A DNA stretch of 64,000 nucleotides from an uncultured virus (IMG/VR IMGVR_UViG_3300043464_001377) (lineage: Duplodnaviria; Heunggongvirae; Uroviricota; Caudoviricetes), in IMG/VR virus record IMGVR_UViG_3300043464_001377; one strand, written 5' to 3'. Below, one piece after another: positions 25,824 to 36,092 of this stretch (position 1 is its first letter; each line of letters begins with the position of its first letter). Made by a program: the position numbers and the translations under genes. The notes under the pieces were generated by a model, which ran no database searches, was not told the DNA's origin, and worked only from the letters and a program-made list of their open reading frames with translations.

Positions 25824-26609
25824 ATGCGAGTCATCGTCGGTAACGTAGAGCATGATGTCCAAATCGCGGGAGCCATCTCGGTCCCGCGATTAGGCTTTAT
25901 GGACAATTACTATTGCTCCATACAGGCCTTCTCCCAATTCGGCATCCCTCTAACAAAGGGAACTGGCGCGTTCTGGGATCAAGTCATGTCTCGCATCCTC
26001 ACGGACTTGAGTCGTGAAGATTCGGGATATGACTTCGTTATCACCATGGACTACGACAGCGTATATGAACCAGAGTGCATATCGCGTCTCGTCTCGGCGT
26101 GCATGATCTCCGGCTACGACGCAGTGGCGCCGCTCCAGACCAAGCGTGACGACCAGAAGTTGATGTTCACGCCCAAGGGCTTGTCTGGCGACCACGACAG
26201 CAAGGTCACACTGCCGATGGAGTGGTGGGAGAAGCCCGTCCAGCCCGTGGACACGGCTCACTTTGGCCTGACGGTGCTGCGGACGTCAGCCCTTCGCCGG
26301 ATGCCGAAGCCCTGGTTCCTGGGCGTCCCAAACTCCGACGGCGACTGGGGCGACGTCGAGCCCGGCGACGGAAAAACCGCGAGGGTCGACCCAGACATCT
26401 ACATGTGGCGCAAGTGGCGAGAGTGCGGCAACACGCTGGCGGTCTGCCCGCAAGTCTCGATCGGCCACGCGGAACTCGTGATCACTTGGCCGGATCAGCA
26501 ACTGAAGGCGATTCATCAGTACCCGAATCACTACTGGCAAGCAGGCGGGCGGCGACCACCGGAGGCGTGGGGTTCTCCTGAGCATGCAGCGAAGTGTGAG
26601 GCACGATAG
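25824..26609 (+). CDS. Glycosyltransferase-like protein (GT-A fold)
   Basis: DYD motif (ITMDYDS), AHFGLT, KPWF, DPDIYMW, IGH. Confidence 0.65.
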   Translation: MRVIVGNVEHDVQIAGAISVPRLGFMDNYYCSIQAFSQFGIPLTKGTGAFWDQVMSRILTDLSREDSGYDFVITMDYDSVYEPECISRLVSACMISGYDAVAPLQTKRDDQKLMFTPKGLSGDHDSKVTLPMEWWEKPVQPVDTAHFGLTVLRTSALRRMPKPWFLGVPNSDGDWGDVEPGDGKTARVDPDIYMWRKWRECGNTLAVCPQVSIGHAELVITWPDQQLKAIHQYPNHYWQAGGRRPPEAWGSPEHAAKCEAR

Positions 26610-26611
26610 CG

Positions 26612-26821
26612 ATGAGAGTTCGACTCCTCCGAGATTGGTCGTACCACAAGCAGGGCGAGGTCGCCGAAGTCTTCGAGCCCACGGCTCGCAACTGGCTTCT
26701 CAATGGCATCGCCGAGGCTTTTGCCGAGTCGCGGTCCATCGACATCGAGCAGGCTGTTGAGCAGCCCGTCGAGGCCGTGGAGCGGGCAGTCGTTGGCCGC
26801 AAGCCACGGAAGCAGCCATGA
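26612..26821 (+). CDS. Small hypothetical head-module protein
   Basis: MRVRLLRDW..HKQGEV...A..W..NGIA. Confidence 0.6.
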   Translation: MRVRLLRDWSYHKQGEVAEVFEPTARNWLLNGIAEAFAESRSIDIEQAVEQPVEAVERAVVGRKPRKQP

Positions 26822-27444
26822 AGTACTACGAGGTCGTCCATCGCGGTAATCTCCGGTATCGCTCGCTGCGGCGGATCACCGAACCGGCGATTGAGCCGGT
26901 CTCGATCGGAGAGGCGAAGGCCCACCTCCGGATCGACGCCGACTTCACTGACGACGATCTCTACTTGCAAACGCTGATCTCGGCGGCTCGCATCCATGTC
27001 GAGACCGTGAGCGACCGGACTCTGATCCGGTCTCAGTGGCAGATGAAGATGGACGTGTTCCCGTCGTGGGACATTGAACTCCCCAGGCCTCCCATCGGTG
27101 TCGGCGACGTGACGGTCTCCTACATTCCGTCGGACGCCGTTTACTTGCCAGTCTCGTTCACCAACTTCCGCGTCGACAGCGACTCCACTCCCGCCGTCAT
27201 CCGGCCGCAGTGGAACGGCTCGTGGCCGTCGGCAAGAGGCGCCGAGAACGACGTGATGATCACTTACTGGGCTGGCTACGGCCCGTCTTCGCTGGACGTG
27301 CCTACGCCCGCCCGCCACTGCGTTCTCATGCTCGCGGCCTCGTGGTACGCCAACCGAGAGGCCGTCGTCCAGGGCGGCATGAATCCAGTGCCCATGGCCG
27401 TCGAGGTGCTGCTCGGGGCGATCAACTGGGGGCAGTACCGCTGA
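26818..27444 (+). CDS. Head-tail adaptor (gp6/phiE125 gp8-like)
   Basis: EPVSIGEAKAHLRID...LISAAR...YWAGYG...WYANREAV. Confidence 0.9.
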   Translation: MKYYEVVHRGNLRYRSLRRITEPAIEPVSIGEAKAHLRIDADFTDDDLYLQTLISAARIHVETVSDRTLIRSQWQMKMDVFPSWDIELPRPPIGVGDVTVSYIPSDAVYLPVSFTNFRVDSDSTPAVIRPQWNGSWPSARGAENDVMITYWAGYGPSSLDVPTPARHCVLMLAASWYANREAVVQGGMNPVPMAVEVLLGAINWGQYR

Positions 27445-27445
27445 C

Positions 27446-27781
27446 ATGCCTATTCGTGCTGGCGATCTTCGCGAGGCTGTCACGGTTCAAGTTGCGACCG
27501 AGCAGACCAACGACTACGGCGAGGCCACGCTGACGTGGTCTGACTTCGCCACCCGACGGGCAGCGATTCGCGGCCTGCGGGTCGACGAAGTGATGAGCGC
27601 TCAGGGGCCCTACACGGTCGCCACGCACGAGGTCGAGTTCCGGTACGTGCCTGGGCTCCAGGCTGGCATGCGGCTGATCTGGAGAAGCCGGACCCCGGCC
27701 AGGACTCTGGACGTCATTCAGATAACCGAGGACACCAGCCGGGAAGGCCAGAGGCTTGTTTGCAAGGAGCAAGTCTCGTGA
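27446..27781 (+). CDS. Head closure/head-tail joining protein
   Basis: IRAGDLREAVTVQ...THEVEFRY..GL..GMRL. Confidence 0.85.
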   Translation: MPIRAGDLREAVTVQVATEQTNDYGEATLTWSDFATRRAAIRGLRVDEVMSAQGPYTVATHEVEFRYVPGLQAGMRLIWRSRTPARTLDVIQITEDTSREGQRLVCKEQVS

Positions 27782-28191
27782 TTTCCGTCGAACTTCAGGG
27801 CCTGGACGAACTTCTGGAGTCCATCCGCAAAATCCCCACGTCCATCGACCGCCAAGCCGTCTTCGAGGACGTCGCCCAGCAGTTCTCGGCGAGACTCCGC
27901 GCGGCGACCCCCAAGGGCTACAGCGGCAAACTGCGGGACTCGGTGATCTATTCGGCCGACGGCGAGCAGGGCGAGGTTGGGTACGAGGCCGGAGTGGAGA
28001 CCGCCGGAGAGGCCAGCCTGGACAGCGTGATCAAGCCCAAGAAGCGGAGCAAGTCTGTCTTGGCTCGGAACTGGGTCAGGCCGTCGGAACTCGAAGCCGT
28101 GCTTCAGGAGACATTCGACGCCTACGCCTCCGAGGGATCGGTGTACATGGAGTCGCGTTTCGCCGAGGAGTTGAGCCGTGGCCTATCCTGA
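27778..28191 (+). CDS. Neck protein (HK97 gp10-like)
   Basis: GLDEL...TP..SGKLRDS; gene position. Confidence 0.6.
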   Translation: MISVELQGLDELLESIRKIPTSIDRQAVFEDVAQQFSARLRAATPKGYSGKLRDSVIYSADGEQGEVGYEAGVETAGEASLDSVIKPKKRSKSVLARNWVRPSELEAVLQETFDAYASEGSVYMESRFAEELSRGLS

Positions 28192-28585
28192 AAAGTGGCT
28201 CCGATCCAAGTTGGACGAGGCGACGGCGGCTGGCATCCATCCGATTCTCGCCCCTCAGAACGCCCCATTCCCGCTGGTCGTGTACCGCAGGACCGGCACT
28301 CGCCGGGAGCGAAACATGGGAGGCAACGTCGGCAGGCCGATTGCCACGTTCTCGGTCTCGATCGTGGCCGAGACTTACAGCCAGGCCAAGGAAATCGCCG
28401 AGGCGATTCGGCTCAACGTCGACAACTTTACGGGCGACTACTCCGGGCTGACAATTGTATTTACCTCGCTCGTGTCCGAGGCGGACAACATGGAACGTCC
28501 CCCCGAAGGTCAGGCGAAGCCGCTGTATCGCGTCGATCAAGTTTACGAAGTTCGGTATCACGAAAACGTCCAAGGAGGGGCGTAA
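28178..28585 (+). CDS. Tail terminator/completion protein
   Basis: IHP..APQNAPFPLVVYRR...A.TY.QAKEIAEAIR; gene position. Confidence 0.75.
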   Translation: MAYPEKWLRSKLDEATAAGIHPILAPQNAPFPLVVYRRTGTRRERNMGGNVGRPIATFSVSIVAETYSQAKEIAEAIRLNVDNFTGDYSGLTIVFTSLVSEADNMERPPEGQAKPLYRVDQVYEVRYHENVQGGA

Positions 28586-28588
28586 AAC

Positions 28589-28960
28589 ATGGCTTACGAA
28601 TCCGCACAGGGCTTGTCGTTCGTTTTCAGCGGCAAGACGTTTCTGCTCACGAGCATCTCGTTCAACAAGAAGGTCTCCGAGGTCGACGTCACTGACTTGA
28701 AGACGCCACACGGTTCGTTTCGTTCGTACCGCCCCGCGCCTGTCCGCGACGGCGACGAACTGTCGATCGAGTTCTTCGGCATGGACTTCCCGCAGATGAC
28801 CGCGACCGGAGTTCTCGCCTGGTCGATGGACAACTCGGGCTCCAACTCGGCGCTGATCTCGGCTCTTCCGACCGTTGCCCTCTGCACGTCGTCGCAGTTG
28901 CAGGCTGCGGCTGGCGAACTGATCAAGGGCTCCGCGACGCTCCGAATCACGCTGACTTGA
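28589..28960 (+). CDS. Tail tube-like protein 1
   Basis: VDVTDL...DGDELSIEF...GELIKGSATLRIT; gene position. Confidence 0.65.
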   Translation: MAYESAQGLSFVFSGKTFLLTSISFNKKVSEVDVTDLKTPHGSFRSYRPAPVRDGDELSIEFFGMDFPQMTATGVLAWSMDNSGSNSALISALPTVALCTSSQLQAAAGELIKGSATLRITLT

Positions 28961-28964
28961 TCGC

Positions 28965-29393
28965 ATGCCGTACGTATCGGCACACAACGCCACGTTTACG
29001 TGGGGCACGTTCACCTTCCAGATTTCATCGCTGCAAGTTGCTGCCAACGCAGGAAGCGAGATCGACATCACGTCGATGTCTTCCGAGGTTGTCAGCGACC
29101 CAGCGAACAGCAATCGAAAGATGATCGTGCCCGACTACGACTCGGCCGTGTCGGCGAGGTACGGCAGCGACTTTTCGATCGAGTTTTACGCATCACCGGA
29201 CTTCACGGCGACGAACTACTTCGACGTCGTTGGGTCTAAGCGTGCGTTCACGTTCAAACTTCCGTCCAACGAACTTGGAACGGGCGTAGGTCTTTCTATT
29301 CAGAAAACGGCAATCCTGACTCAGATGCAGTTGGGTGCGACCACCGGGGAGTATGTGAAGGGTTCGGCTACGTTTCGCGTCACGGGCATGTGA
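28965..29393 (+). CDS. Tail tube-like protein 2 (paralog)
   Basis: IDITSM...FSIEF...GEYVKGSATFRVT. Confidence 0.6.
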   Translation: MPYVSAHNATFTWGTFTFQISSLQVAANAGSEIDITSMSSEVVSDPANSNRKMIVPDYDSAVSARYGSDFSIEFYASPDFTATNYFDVVGSKRAFTFKLPSNELGTGVGLSIQKTAILTQMQLGATTGEYVKGSATFRVTGM

Positions 29394-29429
29394 TGCCCGT
29401 CGTTTTCAACAGGAAGATGAGGTAGATAG

Positions 29430-29774
29430 ATGGCTCTGAGCAAGGCGGCGATCATCGCTGCGGACGACAAGAAGATGGTCGATCACGACGTCCCCGAGTG
29501 GGGCGGCGCGGTCAAACTCCGAGTGATGACTGGCACCGAGCGAGATCGGTTCGAGTCCGAGTTCGTCAACGGCAACAAGAGCGTCGACATGGTGCGGGCG
29601 AAGTTGGTCGCCAAGTGCCTGTGCGACGAGAAGGGCGAGCGGCTCTTCACCGAGACCGAGATTCCCCAGTTGGGCGAGAAGTCCGCTGCGGTCCTCGACC
29701 GGCTCTTCGCTGAGTGCATGAAGTTGAACAGGTTCTCGAAAGAGGACGTGGACGACCTCGCAAAAAACTCCTAG
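29430..29774 (+). CDS. Tail assembly chaperone (gpG-like)
   Basis: VPEWGGAVKLRVMTGTERDRFE...AKN; precedes tape measure gene. Confidence 0.85.
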   Translation: MALSKAAIIAADDKKMVDHDVPEWGGAVKLRVMTGTERDRFESEFVNGNKSVDMVRAKLVAKCLCDEKGERLFTETEIPQLGEKSAAVLDRLFAECMKLNRFSKEDVDDLAKNS

Positions 29775-30076
29775 ACCGTCCCCGCAGGCTCTTCGAGTTC
29801 AGGCTCGCCCTCGCGCTCGGACGGTCTCACGCCGAACTTCTCGCGTCGGTCGATGCGGCCGAACTCGCAGAATGGGAGGCATATTGGACAATAGAACCAT
29901 GGGGAGACGAGTGGCGAAGGACCGCTCGTCTCGCCACGGCTCTATGCACTGCCTGGGGCTGTAAGCGTCTGGAGGAAGAGATGCTGATGCCCAGCCACCG
30001 TAAACGCCAGCAGACCACCGACGAGATGCTCGGTGAACTGTGGAAGTTGGCCGCCGCTAACGGTGCGAGGGGCTGA
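29762..30076 (+). CDS. -1 frameshift extension of tail chaperone (gpGT-like); slippery site A AAA AAC at 29762-29768
   Basis: XXXYYYZ heptamer just before TAG; open -1 frame RLALALG...EWEAY...EPWG ends at 30076. Confidence 0.85.
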   Translation, partial: KKLLDRPRRLFEFRLALALGRSHAELLASVDAAELAEWEAYWTIEPWGDEWRRTARLATALCTAWGCKRLEEEMLMPSHRKRQQTTDEMLGELWKLAAANGARG

Positions 30077-30078
30077 CC

Positions 30079-33000
30079 ATGGCTACGATCGGCAGTTTGT
30101 CTGTTGCGTTTACGGCGAACCTGAGCGATCTCGAATCGGGCATCGAAAAGGTCTTAGACCTTTTCGACGACCTGACCGAGGCCGTCGAAGATATATCGGA
30201 GAAACTTGATTCTGTCGCCGAGAAGACGATTACTGTCAAGACGAAGGCCGACACGGACGAGATCAAGAAAGCATCGAAAGATGTAGACGACCTCAAGAGC
30301 AACGCCGAGTCGAAGAACGCAAAAGTCAAGGTTTCTGCCGACACAGAAGACTTGATAAAGAGCCTTGAGTCGAGCAGCGCCATCGGAGACCAGTTGAGCC
30401 TCGCGTTTCGCGAAGAGGCGAAGGGCATGTCGGACGGCTTCGCTGCGTTCGGAGCAAAAGCCGCGACTGCGTTCAAGACGGTCGGGTCTGCTGCAACTGG
30501 CCTGGGGAATCTCCTCGACGGAACGAGGCTTTCCGTAGACGGGCTTGTTTCCTCCATGGCGAGACTAAGCGCCGCGTCGGCAAGCGTCAGGGAGTTGACA
30601 AACTCACTGGCCGACGAGGCCGGGGTTTTCCTTCAGTACGTTGGCGGCACAGGAACAGTCTTAGCGGCGTTCGCTGGCAGCGTCGCATCGTCGGCGGCTG
30701 TCATTGCCGCGTTCGGCGCTGCGGTGGCCGCTGCCGTCGTTCGGACTGTAGTGTTCCGTGGCGTTCTCGCCCTGGTCAGGGTCGCCGCGTCTGGGCTGTC
30801 AGAAGAGTCTCGCGCATTTGTTACTGAGTGGGCGGCGGTTGCGGCAGGAATTGTGTCCTCTGCCGCAGCGGCAGGGGCAGCAGCAGCAACCTTCTCAATC
30901 CTCTCTGGCTCGATAACGTCTGCGTCTGCGTCTGCTTCGCTTCTAGCGAGGGCTATGGAGGGAATCTCATCTGTCGCGAAGCAGGCAGCGTCCTCCATTG
31001 CCAGCCGCATGGGGCAGATCGTCACCCTGTTCAGCCTTGCGACGGTGGCTTCAGGCAAGTATGCGTCCGCCCTCGATTCAATCGGCGCCAAGGCCGAGTC
31101 CATCCGCAACATGGCCGAGCGTTTCGGTGCAACAACCGGCGAGATGGAGGTGCTGACGTTCGCGGCTGAGTCTGCCGGTGTGAGCATGAGCCAACTTGCT
31201 AAGGCTTCGCAGTCTTTCTACACCAACGTCAGCAAGGTCAAGATCGGGCAACTCAATGTCGACTCTGTTCAAGAGGCCAAGTTCGCCTTCGACAGGCTCG
31301 GCGTCTCCATTGATGAACTGAGAAACAAGAACCCGCAGGAAGTGTTCGGGCTTGTCTCGGAAGAACTCCTGGCCGTCAAAGACCCGGCAGACAGGGCGGC
31401 GATCGCTTTCGACCTCTTTGGTAAGCAGGCTGTCAATGTCCTGCCTGCATTGCGAGGCCTGAAGGAAGCAGCCGCTGACGCCGCAAGACTCGGCACCGTG
31501 ACCAAAGACATCGACTTCAAGATGTTCGAGGGCGTCGATGCGTCGTTTGACCGACTGAAGCAAGCCAGCGGCAACCTGTCGCAGACCATGATGGTCGCGT
31601 TTGCTCCGCTCCAGGCTGGCATCAACAACTTCCTCGCCGACCTCCAGGGCGGGCTGGCTGCCGCCCTTGGGCCCGTCCGCACTCTCATGGCCGCCGCGAC
31701 GGTGCCGATTCAAGTTTTCCTTGAGGTCGTCGGCCGCGTGATGAACATCCTGCTTCGCATGATCGGCGTCGCCGGAACTTTTGCGACGGCCCTGCTTCAG
31801 GCAACGGCGATCGCCCCAGCATGGACAGCGCTGGGGAGCGTCATCAAGGAGGCGCTCAGTTACATCGAGCAGGGCGTCAACTTCGCGCAGAACATCGCGT
31901 CGGCTTTCTCTTCGCAACTCAATCCGACGATCGACGAGTCGGCGAGCATGTTTGATCGCCTGGCGTTTGCGGTCAAGACATTCACGGCCGTGATCATCTC
32001 GGCTGGCGTTGGATCGGCCGTCATGCAGGCGTTCGGCGTTCAGGCCGGAGCAGCGCTGGCGAAGTTCGCGGCTGGTCTCCTGAAACTCAACTTCGCGACG
32101 ATCTTCGGCGGCATTCTCAAGTTGGTTCGCATGCTGACATTCGACATCGTCGCTGCATCGTCGCGATGGGTCGCGAGCATGATTCTCATGGGGACTTCGA
32201 CGATCGCTGGCCTGCTGGCGCCGTTTATGACGTCTGTAGCAACAATCATCACGGGCAACTCTGCGATCGCCGTGGCCTCAGCGGCGGCCGGATACGCCAT
32301 GGCGGCTGCGTGGGTCATCGGCACGCTAGGCCTCGCCGCGATTGCCGTGGCGATCATCGCCGTCATTCAGAACTTCGACAATCTCTATGCCTACTTCGCC
32401 GACTTCGGAAACAACGCCGCGAGGCTCTTTACGCTCGAAGGACTGGGCGAGGCGGCTACGGCCGTCGTGGATGCCATCAAGGGCGCGTTCAAGTCGTTGG
32501 CAGGATGGGTCAGCGGATTCTTTGGCGGCATCATTGGCGGCATCATCAAGGCGATCAACGGCATCAAAACTCCGGAGAAGATCAGCGCGGCCAGTGCGTC
32601 TGTCGGCGACATTGTGAAGTCTCGCCAGGATCAGCAAATGGCGACCTACCAGACCGAGGCGTCGGCGGCTGGCTTCACCGGGAAGACTCCGGAGTTGCCG
32701 ACCGAGGACTACGACGCCCTGTCTGCGTCCGTGTCTCGCGCTCGCGGTGACATGATCGGCTTGTCGCTGAACGCCGCCAAGTTCGGCGAGGCCGGAAACA
32801 AGGCCTTCATGGCTGCAAGGGCAGACTTCGATCAGTTGCAGCAGCAACTCGCCGACAACACGCTCGAACTCCGCATCGTCACTGACGAAGACGGCGTGAA
32901 GCGACAGGAGACGGCGCTGGAGGCCTTTGAGAGAAGGTCGAAGGAGATTCGCGGCAGACTCGAAGAGAACCTGAATCTCGCGGACACGATCTCCCCCGAG

Positions 33001-34725
33001 CAGTTTCAGCAATCTGCCCAGGACATGCGGAAGGCCGTCGAGGACGCCTTCGCTCAGACTCGAAACGTCATGCGGGGGTCTGACTTGGGTAGCGACCTGA
33101 ACACCGACAGGTTCTTCCCGGCGTCGTCCGAGATCAAGAAGGCCGCCAGCGACTTCGCTATGGCGTACCAAGACGAACTCATTCGCATCGAAGAAGCGTT
33201 GCAGAGCGGCGAGTTCGGACAAGGCCAGTCTGCAATGCGTGCGGCGCAGCAGGCGAGGGAAGACGCCAAGTCCAAGTTCGACAAAAACATGGGCAAGGTC
33301 AACGCCGACGTGTCGTTCGCCACCGAAATCCGCAAGGCACTGGAAGATGCCTTCCTGACGCCGGTGCAGAAGTACGAGAAGAAACTCAAGGAGATCGCCG
33401 ACAACAAGTCGCTCACTGCCCAGGAGAAGTCGCTCGCCACTATCGTGGAGCAGCAGCAGATGGTCGAGGGGACGTTCGGCAAATCGGCGGGCCAGTCGCT
33501 GCGGGAAAAGGAAGGCATGTTCGCCCAGGCGACGGCCGTCGATCAGTACGGAAGAACGGCGTTCATGTCCGCAGAAGGTTCGCAGGCCGCCGGAGAGGCA
33601 AGGGCGTCTGCCGAGCGGACGAAACTCGACATCGAGCGACGCAAGGCTGCTGGGCTCGATGCCAGCCCGGCCCAGCAACTCAAGGCAGGCGTCGACAACA
33701 TCAATGACGTGTTCGGCGTCGCTGGCAAGTCGCTCGCAGAGATTCAGAAGGAACTCGGCCCAGAGAAGTTCGCTGAGTACCAAGAGGCGATCAAGAAGAA
33801 CTCTGACGCCGTGAAGGCCAACCTGGGCGTCGAGAAGAGCGGTGCCGAGAAACTCGCCGAGTCTCGGGCAAAACTAGAGAAGGCGTTCAACGACAAGGTC
33901 ATCTCCGAGGAGGAGATGAACAAGGCTGTCAAAGAGCAGAAGGACGCCCTGCTCTCCTCGCTCGGGATTACCAAGTCTCCGGCCAAGGAGTTCGAGGACG
34001 CCGTAGCAAAGATCAAGGAGAACGCCGCCGAACTGACGCCCGAGGAGTTGCAGAAGGGCCTCAAGGAGGCGAAGGACAAACTGCTCCAGTCGCTCGGCAT
34101 CGACAAGAGCCCAGCAGCGGCGGCCGAGGAGTCGCTGAACAAACTCCGCGAGGCGTTCAACAAGGGCCAGATCAGTGCCGAAGAGTTCGCCAAGGGGTCA
34201 CAAAAGGCCAAAGATGCGCTGCTCCAGTCTCTGGGCATCCCGCTCGACCCTGTGACGCAACTCAGCGAGCGGCTCACCAATCTTCAGGATGCGTTCGATA
34301 AGGGCCTAATTTCTCAGGAGGAGTTCACGCGAGGCCAGGACGAGGCTCGTCGCTCCATGCTCCCAGGAGGCGAGGAGGAGAGCCCCGTGAAGAAGTTCGA
34401 GCGAGACCTCGATGCCGTAAATCGGGCGGTCGAGGGGGGTCTGATTTCTGACGAAGATGGCGCCCAGCGAAAGAAAGTCCTTCAAGCCCAACTCCAAGAA
34501 GACCTCAAGCCAGCCCTCGAACGGGTCGCCCCCGACCGCCGCGCCGTTGAGTCCTCAGACGTCCGCAGCAAAGAAGGCGTGGACACGTTCTTCCGGATTC
34601 TTCGCGGCAACGACAATCCGAGCCTCAAGGCTCAGTTGGAGATCGCGAGAAACACTCGCCAACTCGCCGAGGCTGCCGCCAACGCCGACGCTGCTCCAGT
34701 TATCGCTCAACTCTCAGCCACGTAG
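30079..34725 (+). CDS. Tail tape measure protein
   Basis: 1548 aa, Ala-rich helical, MATIGSLSVAFTA start; follows chaperone. Confidence 0.92.
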   Translation: MATIGSLSVAFTANLSDLESGIEKVLDLFDDLTEAVEDISEKLDSVAEKTITVKTKADTDEIKKASKDVDDLKSNAESKNAKVKVSADTEDLIKSLESSSAIGDQLSLAFREEAKGMSDGFAAFGAKAATAFKTVGSAATGLGNLLDGTRLSVDGLVSSMARLSAASASVRELTNSLADEAGVFLQYVGGTGTVLAAFAGSVASSAAVIAAFGAAVAAAVVRTVVFRGVLALVRVAASGLSEESRAFVTEWAAVAAGIVSSAAAAGAAAATFSILSGSITSASASASLLARAMEGISSVAKQAASSIASRMGQIVTLFSLATVASGKYASALDSIGAKAESIRNMAERFGATTGEMEVLTFAAESAGVSMSQLAKASQSFYTNVSKVKIGQLNVDSVQEAKFAFDRLGVSIDELRNKNPQEVFGLVSEELLAVKDPADRAAIAFDLFGKQAVNVLPALRGLKEAAADAARLGTVTKDIDFKMFEGVDASFDRLKQASGNLSQTMMVAFAPLQAGINNFLADLQGGLAAALGPVRTLMAAATVPIQVFLEVVGRVMNILLRMIGVAGTFATALLQATAIAPAWTALGSVIKEALSYIEQGVNFAQNIASAFSSQLNPTIDESASMFDRLAFAVKTFTAVIISAGVGSAVMQAFGVQAGAALAKFAAGLLKLNFATIFGGILKLVRMLTFDIVAASSRWVASMILMGTSTIAGLLAPFMTSVATIITGNSAIAVASAAAGYAMAAAWVIGTLGLAAIAVAIIAVIQNFDNLYAYFADFGNNAARLFTLEGLGEAATAVVDAIKGAFKSLAGWVSGFFGGIIGGIIKAINGIKTPEKISAASASVGDIVKSRQDQQMATYQTEASAAGFTGKTPELPTEDYDALSASVSRARGDMIGLSLNAAKFGEAGNKAFMAARADFDQLQQQLADNTLELRIVTDEDGVKRQETALEAFERRSKEIRGRLEENLNLADTISPEQFQQSAQDMRKAVEDAFAQTRNVMRGSDLGSDLNTDRFFPASSEIKKAASDFAMAYQDELIRIEEALQSGEFGQGQSAMRAAQQAREDAKSKFDKNMGKVNADVSFATEIRKALEDAFLTPVQKYEKKLKEIADNKSLTAQEKSLATIVEQQQMVEGTFGKSAGQSLREKEGMFAQATAVDQYGRTAFMSAEGSQAAGEARASAERTKLDIERRKAAGLDASPAQQLKAGVDNINDVFGVAGKSLAEIQKELGPEKFAEYQEAIKKNSDAVKANLGVEKSGAEKLAESRAKLEKAFNDKVISEEEMNKAVKEQKDALLSSLGITKSPAKEFEDAVAKIKENAAELTPEELQKGLKEAKDKLLQSLGIDKSPAAAAEESLNKLREAFNKGQISAEEFAKGSQKAKDALLQSLGIPLDPVTQLSERLTNLQDAFDKGLISQEEFTRGQDEARRSMLPGGEEESPVKKFERDLDAVNRAVEGGLISDEDGAQRKKVLQAQLQEDLKPALERVAPDRRAVESSDVRSKEGVDTFFRILRGNDNPSLKAQLEIARNTRQLAEAAANADAAPVIAQLSAT

Positions 34726-34740
34726 TACGGATACACTGCC

Positions 34741-35709
34741 ATGCCTGAACCAAACTCGCTTGGGCCGCCGTGGACAGTCGGCTTTCCAGATGTCGTCGAC
34801 TGCCGAGAACTCTTTCGTGGCCGGTCTCGGCAGGCTAATCTCGAAGGCAATCCAACGTACAGCCGCGTGTTTCTTGTCCGCGTGAACACGGTCAAGCCAA
34901 ACATGCAGCACGTAGCCGGTGCCCCAGGCATCGACTGGCGCGCGGCGTATCCCGACGACGCGAACGCCTATCTTGTCGAGTCCAGCACGCAGCAAGACGG
35001 CGATTCGCCGTTCCACTATAAGGTCTCTTACACATACAAGTACCTCGACGAGACTGAAAAGATTCCGTGGCGTCGCCCGTATGTGTACTCGTTTTCTGGC
35101 TCATTAGCCTCTGCTCCGGCGTTTTGGCACTACAGCGGCAGCGGCAGCGACAATAATACTCGGGCGATCATCGTCAACTCGGCGTCCGACCCGCTCTCGG
35201 GGCTCGCCCGCGATGAAGGTACTTTTGCCGTCACGATTCAGTACAATCAGAAGCCGCCGTTTGACTACGCGAAGGCTCAGGAGTACGTGGGTGCGATCAA
35301 CAGTGACACATGGAGCGGCGGCGGCCCGAAAACTTGGAAGGTGCAGAGCATCACTGCCAGCCGCAAGTTCGAGACGATATCAGGCCAGAATCCCAACGAA
35401 GACCCGCCGATCAAAGTGGTGTACTACGACACAACGATCAATCTTGCGTACAAGTCTACGGGCTGGGACTTGATGACGTGGGACGTTGGATTCAATGAGA
35501 TCGTCGGAGGCGCAAGGAGAAAAATCCTCGTCGGCAGCGAGCCAGCCAGCGAGCCGATGGCTCTAAGCAACGGCGTCCAGAAGCCGCCAGGCCAGCCGCC
35601 TGACATGCTGACGTTCCGCATCTACCCGGTGAAGGCATTCGCTGGCACCTTCAAGGAAATACCGAGCGACGCTTTCTCTGGATACCCATACACCATCCCG
35701 CAACTGTGA
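34741..35709 (+). CDS. Minor tail protein
   Basis: Directly follows tape measure gene; beta-rich. Confidence 0.6.
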   Translation: MPEPNSLGPPWTVGFPDVVDCRELFRGRSRQANLEGNPTYSRVFLVRVNTVKPNMQHVAGAPGIDWRAAYPDDANAYLVESSTQQDGDSPFHYKVSYTYKYLDETEKIPWRRPYVYSFSGSLASAPAFWHYSGSGSDNNTRAIIVNSASDPLSGLARDEGTFAVTIQYNQKPPFDYAKAQEYVGAINSDTWSGGGPKTWKVQSITASRKFETISGQNPNEDPPIKVVYYDTTINLAYKSTGWDLMTWDVGFNEIVGGARRKILVGSEPASEPMALSNGVQKPPGQPPDMLTFRIYPVKAFAGTFKEIPSDAFSGYPYTIPQL

Positions 35710-35712
35710 TCC

Positions 35713-36090
35713 ATGTTTGGGCCAGCAAAAAGCAAATCACCGGCCAATAAAGGCGACCAAGGCGTCCAGTTCCGGCTTCGAGACGCGGAGCGGATCAATG
35801 CGGCGGTCTTGCATCACGAGACCTCCGTTCGAGGCTCAAGCCCGAGCGAATTGCCAAGAGCCTTCTCAGTCGGCGCTAAGTGCCTCCTGGGGAAGACAAC
35901 GGCTTCGTGGACTAAGGGAGCCAGCCAGGACATCACGATCTACGACAGCGGCTCGCCGCCGAACGAAGTCGCAGGCGTGACGACGATCGAGGACGTTTGG
36001 AACAAGTTCGCAAACATTGGCGCGAACAAGTGGGTGATGATCGCGTCTTTTGGCGGCCACTATTACGTGATCGCTGCGGAGTGCGACTAG
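35713..36090 (+). CDS. Minor tail protein
   Basis: Gene position; VWNKFANI...YVIAAEC. Confidence 0.55.
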   Translation: MFGPAKSKSPANKGDQGVQFRLRDAERINAAVLHHETSVRGSSPSELPRAFSVGAKCLLGKTTASWTKGASQDITIYDSGSPPNEVAGVTTIEDVWNKFANIGANKWVMIASFGGHYYVIAAECD

Positions 36091-36092
36091 CC

